This document shows, piece after piece, positions 27,445 to 32,000 of a stretch of 32,000 bases of DNA (within the stretch, counting starts at the first letter, position 1; each line of letters opens with the position of its first letter). A model generated the notes under the pieces. It was not told where the DNA came from, made no database searches, and saw only the letters and a list, made by a program, of their open reading frames with translations. Source of the stretch: Gemmata obscuriglobus (GTDB lineage Bacteria; Planctomycetota; Planctomycetia; Gemmatales; Gemmataceae); the NCBI RefSeq assembly GCF_008065095.1, contig NZ_CP042911.1, forward strand, positions 4,650,001 to 4,682,000, written 5' to 3'. The position numbers and the translations under genes were made by a program.

Positions 27445-27534
27445 TACCGCGTTCTGCAGCGCAAGCGCGGGTATCAGGGCCGCCCCGACGCCAAGGCGGT
27501 GATTATTCAATTGATTGTTAATTTGTTTGCTACT

Positions 27535-27564
27535 TGTGGCACAGACATTCCTGTCTGTGCCACA
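27535..27564. terminator. Hairpin between convergent genes (possible bidirectional terminator)
   Basis: TGTGGCACAGACA-TTCC-TGTCTGTGCCACA is a 13-bp perfect stem within an AT-rich spacer. There is no clear U-tract on either side. Confidence 0.4.
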
Positions 27565-27604
27565 AAGATAAAGCCAAAGTAGACATCAGTAATCGGGCCG
27601 TGAA

Positions 27605-30600
27605 TCAGACGGCATCACTCCCGCTCTGCGTACCCGTCAGATGCTCGCCGCCCGGGACCGGCTCGGGTGCCGAAACCGTGCGACTCCCGAGCCACTGAAT
27701 GGCGTAGTAAAACACCGGAGTCAGGAAGACACCGAACGCGGTCACGCCGATCATCCCGGCGAACACGGCGGTCCCCAGCGCCCGCCGCATCTCCGCACCC
27801 GCCCCTTCCGCCACCAGCAGCGGGGCCACGCCCAGGATGAACGCAATCGAGGTCATCACGATCGGCCGGAGCCGCAACTGGCAGGCCGCCAGCGTTGCCG
27901 CCCGGCCGTTCATCCCCTCCTCCCGCTTCTGCTTGGCGAACTCGACGATCAGGATGGCGTTCTTGCACGCCAGCCCGATCAGCACCACGAACCCGATCTG
28001 CGTGAAGATGTTCATGTCCAGTTCGGCCGCCAGCACACCCGCGAGCGCGCACAGCAGACACATCGGGACGACCAGGATCACAGCCAGCGGCAGCGCCCAA
28101 CTCTCGTACTGCGCAGCCAGCACCAGGAACACCAGCACCACCGCAAGCACGAACACCCACATGGCGGAGTCCCCCGCCTGGAGCTGCAACAACGCCAGTT
28201 CGGTCCACTCGGCGCGCATGGTGGGCGGCAACCCGCTGCGGGCGGTCCCGCCCAGCCGGGCGAGCGCCTCGCCCGAACTGCTACCCGGGGCCGCGTCCGC
28301 GTTCACCGCCGCCGACTGATACATGTTGTACCGCATCACCAGCGTCGGCCCGCTGGTCGGCCGCACGGACGCCAGCGACCCGAGCGGCACCATCCCACCG
28401 CTCGCGCCGCGCACCTTCAACTGACCGACCGCCTCCGCGTCCTGGCGGTACGCGTCGCGCGCCTGAACGTTCACCTTCCACGTCCGTCCAAACCGGTTGA
28501 AGTCGTTCACGTAGTACGGCCCGAGACTCGCCTCCACGGTGGTGCGGATCGCGTCAATCGATACCCCGCGGTCCTTGGCTTGTTCCCGGTCGATCACCAG
28601 TTCCAGCCACGGCACGTCGGCCCGGAAGCTGGTGGACACCCGCCGCAGCGCCGGGTCGGCAGACGCCGACGCGACCACCCGATCGGCAGCAGTCTGGAGG
28701 TCGACCAACTCACCCGCGGCCCGGTCCTCAACAATGATCTTGAACCCGCCCGCGGTACCCAGCCCCTCGACCGGCGGCGCTCCGAACACGGCGACCACCG
28801 CCTCCGGCACCTCGGTTCGCAACTGCTCCTGGAGCGAGGCCGCAATCGCGTCGGCCGCGCGGTCGTGCGCCCGCCGCTGGTCGAACGGGTCGAGCATCAG
28901 GTACAGCGAGCCGAAGTTCGGTGCGGCGGCGTTCTGAAGCAGCGACTGCCCGGACACCGCGATCGTGTCCTTCACGCCGGGAGCGCGGCGCGCGACCGCC
29001 TCCACCCGTCGGACCACTTCGGCGGTGCGCTGCGCGGACGACGCGTCCGGCAGTCGCACGTCCACGAGCAGGTAGCCCTTGTCTTGCGCGGGAATGAACC
29101 CGGTCGGGGTGCGGGTGAACGTGGTGTACGTGAGCCCGACAAGTCCGCCGTAGGCGAGCAGTACGAGCGGGGTGACGCGGAGCAGCCCGCCCACGACCCG
29201 GGTGTACCAGTCGGTACCGCGGTCGAACCCGCGGTTGAACCACACGAAAACCCATCCGAGCACCGCATCTACGGGGCGCGCGAGGAGCCAGCCGACAACC
29301 GCTCCCGCGAGCCCGCCGAGCGTGAGCCACCCCCACCCCGGCAGCGGCACGCCGATGAGTTCGCTCACAGGCACCGGCCACTTCGCAGCCGCGACCGCAC
29401 CAAGCCCCGCACCCAGCGCCAGATACCCGATGCGCGGCAGCGCCTCCGCCCGCCGCCCCCGTTGCGGGCGAAGCAGGAGTGCGGCCAGGGCGGGGCTGAG
29501 CGTCAACGAGTTGAACGCCGACAGCAGCGTGCTCACAGCAATGGTCACAGCGAACTGGCGGAAAAACTGTCCGGTCACCCCGCCCAGGAACGCACAGGGT
29601 ATGAACACGGCCGATAGCACCAACCCGACCGCGACCACCGGCCCCGCAACCTCGGTCATGGCTCGCGCCGCCGCGTCACGCGCCGACATCCCGTGGTCCA
29701 CGTGGTGCTGGACCGCCTCGACCACGACGATGGCGTCGTCCACCACAATACCGATGGCAAGCACCAGCCCGAACAGCGTCAAGGTGTTCAAACTGAACCC
29801 GGCGCAGGTGAGCGCCGCGAACGTCCCGACGACCGCCACCGGGACCGCGGCGAGCGGAATGATCGCGGCGCGCCAGGACTGGAGGAACAGCAGTACGACC
29901 GCCGCCACCAGCACCACCGCCTCGATCAGGGTGCGGAACACTTCCAGGATCGACTCATTAATGAACGGCGTGGTGTCGTACACGATCTCGTACTCGATGC
30001 CCGCCGGGAAGTGCTCGCGAAGCTCCTCCATCTTCGCCTTCACGCGGCCGGACACCTCCAGCGCGTTCGACCCCGGGAGCTGGTAGACCGACAGCGCCAC
30101 CGACGGGCGCCCGTTGAGCGTGCAGGTCTGATCGTAGGACAGCGCCCCCAGTTCGATCCGGGCCACGTCCCGCAGGTACACGAGCGTGCCCTCGGTCCCG
30201 CGCTTCAAAACGATCGCCCCGAACTGCTCCGGGCTCTCCAACCGACCCAGCGTGGTCATCGTGTACTGGAACACCTGCCCGGACGGCGTCGGCTGCTGGC
30301 CGATCTGCCCGGCCGCCACCTGGATGTTCTGCTCGTTGACCGCCGCGATCACGTCTTGCGGGGCCATGCCGACCGCTTGCAGCCTCTGCGGGTCCAGCCA
30401 CACCCGCATGCTGTAGTCTCGCTGGCCCAGGTAGGTTACGTCGCCGACCCCCGGGATGCGCTTCAGCCCGTCGGCGATCTGGATCGTGGCGTAGTTGCTC
30501 AGGAACAGGTTCGTCGCCGCCGCGTCGCCGCTCTGATCGGTCGTGAACAGGTTCACCATCATCAGGATGTTGGGCGACTTCTTCTTCACCGAGATCCCGC

Positions 30601-30973
30601 GCCGGCGCACCAGATCGGGCAGCACGGGCTCGGCCATCGACACCCGGTTCTGCACGAGCACCTGGGCGATGTTCAGGTCCGCGCCCGGTTCGAAGGTCAC
30701 GGTGAGGGTGTAGGTGCCGTCGTTGGTACACTGCGACGACATGTACAGCATCTTCTCGACGCCGTTCACCTGCTGCTCGACCGGGGACGCGACCGTGTCG
30801 GCCACCACGCGGGCGTTTGCCCCGGGGTACACGGCCGAAACCTCAACCGTCGGCGGCGCGATCTCCGGGTACTGCGCGACCGGCAAAGTCGACAGCGCGA
30901 TGCCCCCGGTCAGCACCACGGCGAGCGACAGGACGGCCGCGAAGATCGGCCGCCCGATGAAAAAGTGCGACAT
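27605..30973 (-). CDS. RND (AcrB/HAE1-type) efflux permease, second of a tandem pair
   Basis: It starts MSHFFIGRPIFAAVLSLAVVLTGGIALSTLPVAQYPEIAPPTV, a typical AcrB-family N-terminus. Twelve-TM RND hallmarks occur throughout (VVDDAIVVVE, QYESWALPLAVILVVP, ACKNAILIVEFA). ATG at 30973 overlaps the upstream stop (TAATG). The track extension to 31183 is out of context. Confidence 0.9.
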   Translation of the reverse strand: MSHFFIGRPIFAAVLSLAVVLTGGIALSTLPVAQYPEIAPPTVEVSAVYPGANARVVADTVASPVEQQVNGVEKMLYMSSQCTNDGTYTLTVTFEPGADLNIAQVLVQNRVSMAEPVLPDLVRRRGISVKKKSPNILMMVNLFTTDQSGDAAATNLFLSNYATIQIADGLKRIPGVGDVTYLGQRDYSMRVWLDPQRLQAVGMAPQDVIAAVNEQNIQVAAGQIGQQPTPSGQVFQYTMTTLGRLESPEQFGAIVLKRGTEGTLVYLRDVARIELGALSYDQTCTLNGRPSVALSVYQLPGSNALEVSGRVKAKMEELREHFPAGIEYEIVYDTTPFINESILEVFRTLIEAVVLVAAVVLLFLQSWRAAIIPLAAVPVAVVGTFAALTCAGFSLNTLTLFGLVLAIGIVVDDAIVVVEAVQHHVDHGMSARDAAARAMTEVAGPVVAVGLVLSAVFIPCAFLGGVTGQFFRQFAVTIAVSTLLSAFNSLTLSPALAALLLRPQRGRRAEALPRIGYLALGAGLGAVAAAKWPVPVSELIGVPLPGWGWLTLGGLAGAVVGWLLARPVDAVLGWVFVWFNRGFDRGTDWYTRVVGGLLRVTPLVLLAYGGLVGLTYTTFTRTPTGFIPAQDKGYLLVDVRLPDASSAQRTAEVVRRVEAVARRAPGVKDTIAVSGQSLLQNAAAPNFGSLYLMLDPFDQRRAHDRAADAIAASLQEQLRTEVPEAVVAVFGAPPVEGLGTAGGFKIIVEDRAAGELVDLQTAADRVVASASADPALRRVSTSFRADVPWLELVIDREQAKDRGVSIDAIRTTVEASLGPYYVNDFNRFGRTWKVNVQARDAYRQDAEAVGQLKVRGASGGMVPLGSLASVRPTSGPTLVMRYNMYQSAAVNADAAPGSSSGEALARLGGTARSGLPPTMRAEWTELALLQLQAGDSAMWVFVLAVVLVFLVLAAQYESWALPLAVILVVPMCLLCALAGVLAAELDMNIFTQIGFVVLIGLACKNAILIVEFAKQKREEGMNGRAATLAACQLRLRPIVMTSIAFILGVAPLLVAEGAGAEMRRALGTAVFAGMIGVTAFGVFLTPVFYYAIQWLGSRTVSAPEPVPGGEHLTGTQSGSDAV

Positions 30974-32000
30974 TATGATGCCACCTCGGAGTGGTCGGTC
31001 GGCGCAACGGCACCGGTCCCGCGAGTTTCTGTCGGTTCGACTTCTTGTGCTTTGGGGTGGCGACGTGATTGGGGCGCCGCACTCACGCGCTTTTTGACCG
31101 CCCGAACGGTCACCCGCCCAAGGGCCAGCAGGGGACGTAGCCGGATCAGGTTCAGTCCGCCCCGCCCGAGGCGTTTCATCCACGACGCCTGAAACAGCCG
31201 CCCCTCAGCGAACCATTCGACCGCCACGAAAAACACCGGCGTGAGGAGCAGCCCGAACGCGGTCACGCCGATCATCCCGGCGAACACCGCGGTGCCCAGT
31301 GCCCGCCGCATCTCCGCCCCGGACCCGGTCGCGAACACCAGCGGCACCACCCCGAGGATGAACGCGACGGAGGTCATTACGATCGGCCGCAGGCGCAACC
31401 GGCACGCCTCGACGACGGCGGTACGCGGGGAGTTGCCGGCCGCCCGCAAGGCCCGCGCGAACTCGACTATCAGCACCGCGTTCTTGCACGCCAGCCCGAT
31501 GAGCACGACGAACCCGATCTGCGTGAACACGTTGATGTCCGACCCGGCGACCACCACCCCCGCCAGCGAACTCAGCACGCACAGCGGCACGATCGGGATC
31601 ACGGCCAGCGGCAGCGCCCAGCTCTCGTACTGCGCCGCCAATACCAGGAACACGAACAACACCGCCAGCGGGAAAATCAGCTTGTTCCAGACGTTCTTCC
31701 CGGCGTCGATCTGGATGTAGTTGATCTCGGTCCACTCGTGAGCGGTGCCCTCCGGGAACACCCGGCTCGCGAGCCGGTCGATCACCGTGATCCCGTCCCC
31801 GGAGCTGACGCCCGGCGCCGTGGAGCCCATGACCGCCGCCGCCGGGTGCATGTTGTACCGGGTGATGACGAGCGGCCCGGCCACCTCCCGGATGTCGAGT
31901 ACCGCGCCCAGCGGCACCATTCCGCCCTGGTCGTTGCGGACCCGAATCCGCTTCGCGTCGTCGATGCTGTTGCGGAACTGCCCTTCGGCCTGAACGATCA
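30973..32000 (-). CDS. RND efflux permease, first of the tandem pair (C-terminal part; gene continues past the window end)
   Basis: The frame stays open to position 32000 (...FRNSIDDAKRIRVRNDQGGMVPLGAVLDIREVAGPLVITRYN...). It is paralogous to the downstream gene (QYESWALPLAVIPIVP, ACKNAVLIVEFA, RLRPIVMTS). Confidence 0.88.
   Translation of the reverse strand, partial: IVQAEGQFRNSIDDAKRIRVRNDQGGMVPLGAVLDIREVAGPLVITRYNMHPAAAVMGSTAPGVSSGDGITVIDRLASRVFPEGTAHEWTEINYIQIDAGKNVWNKLIFPLAVLFVFLVLAAQYESWALPLAVIPIVPLCVLSSLAGVVVAGSDINVFTQIGFVVLIGLACKNAVLIVEFARALRAAGNSPRTAVVEACRLRLRPIVMTSVAFILGVVPLVFATGSGAEMRRALGTAVFAGMIGVTAFGLLLTPVFFVAVEWFAEGRLFQASWMKRLGRGGLNLIRLRPLLALGRVTVRAVKKRVSAAPQSRRHPKAQEVEPTETRGTGAVAPTDHSEVAS

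Noticed and set aside
27641-31192. Plus-strand ORFs 27641-29617 and 29693-31192 opposite the RND permease
   Set aside because: They are antisense to an unmistakable AcrB-family frame and the products are Arg/His/Pro/Gly-rich.

Overview
This is a GC-rich window (about two-thirds G+C by eye). Its gene content suggests a Gemmata-like planctomycete chromosome: two DUF1559 prepilin-leader proteins, a TIGR02996-like plus LRR protein, and ECF sigma factors fused through a TM helix to large C-terminal domains. Most of the window is housekeeping. In order: Ser/Thr kinase 5' end (-), trpS (-), a hypothetical (+), rph (-), argF-argD-argB (-), a Tat-signal protein (-), a DUF1559 / small beta-sandwich protein / DUF1559 cluster (-), an about 1130-aa ECF-sigma-TM-WD40 protein (-), a complete group II intron of class C type placed just behind an intrinsic terminator (-), a small HEAT-repeat protein (-), murB and an ftsQ-like gene (+), rarA (-), hemB (+), a FUSC-like membrane protein (-), the TIGR02996/LRR protein (+), an ECF sigma fused to a Wza-like Poly_export/SLBB domain that is split by a 1-nt frameshift (+), and two tandem RND permease genes (-). 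The points most worth a second look are the frameshifted ECF-Wza-like fusion, the terminator-targeted intron, a composite direct-repeat / 40-bp palindrome / direct-repeat structure with a GTTCC array in the 8.5-9.1 kb intergenic region, and low-GC palindromic CACAAAG-rich elements. I saw no rRNA, convincing tRNA, CRISPR array or transposase. The many long ORFs antisense to or out of frame with real genes look like high-GC artefacts. I found no clearly new multi-gene system; the candidates are reported with modest scores.
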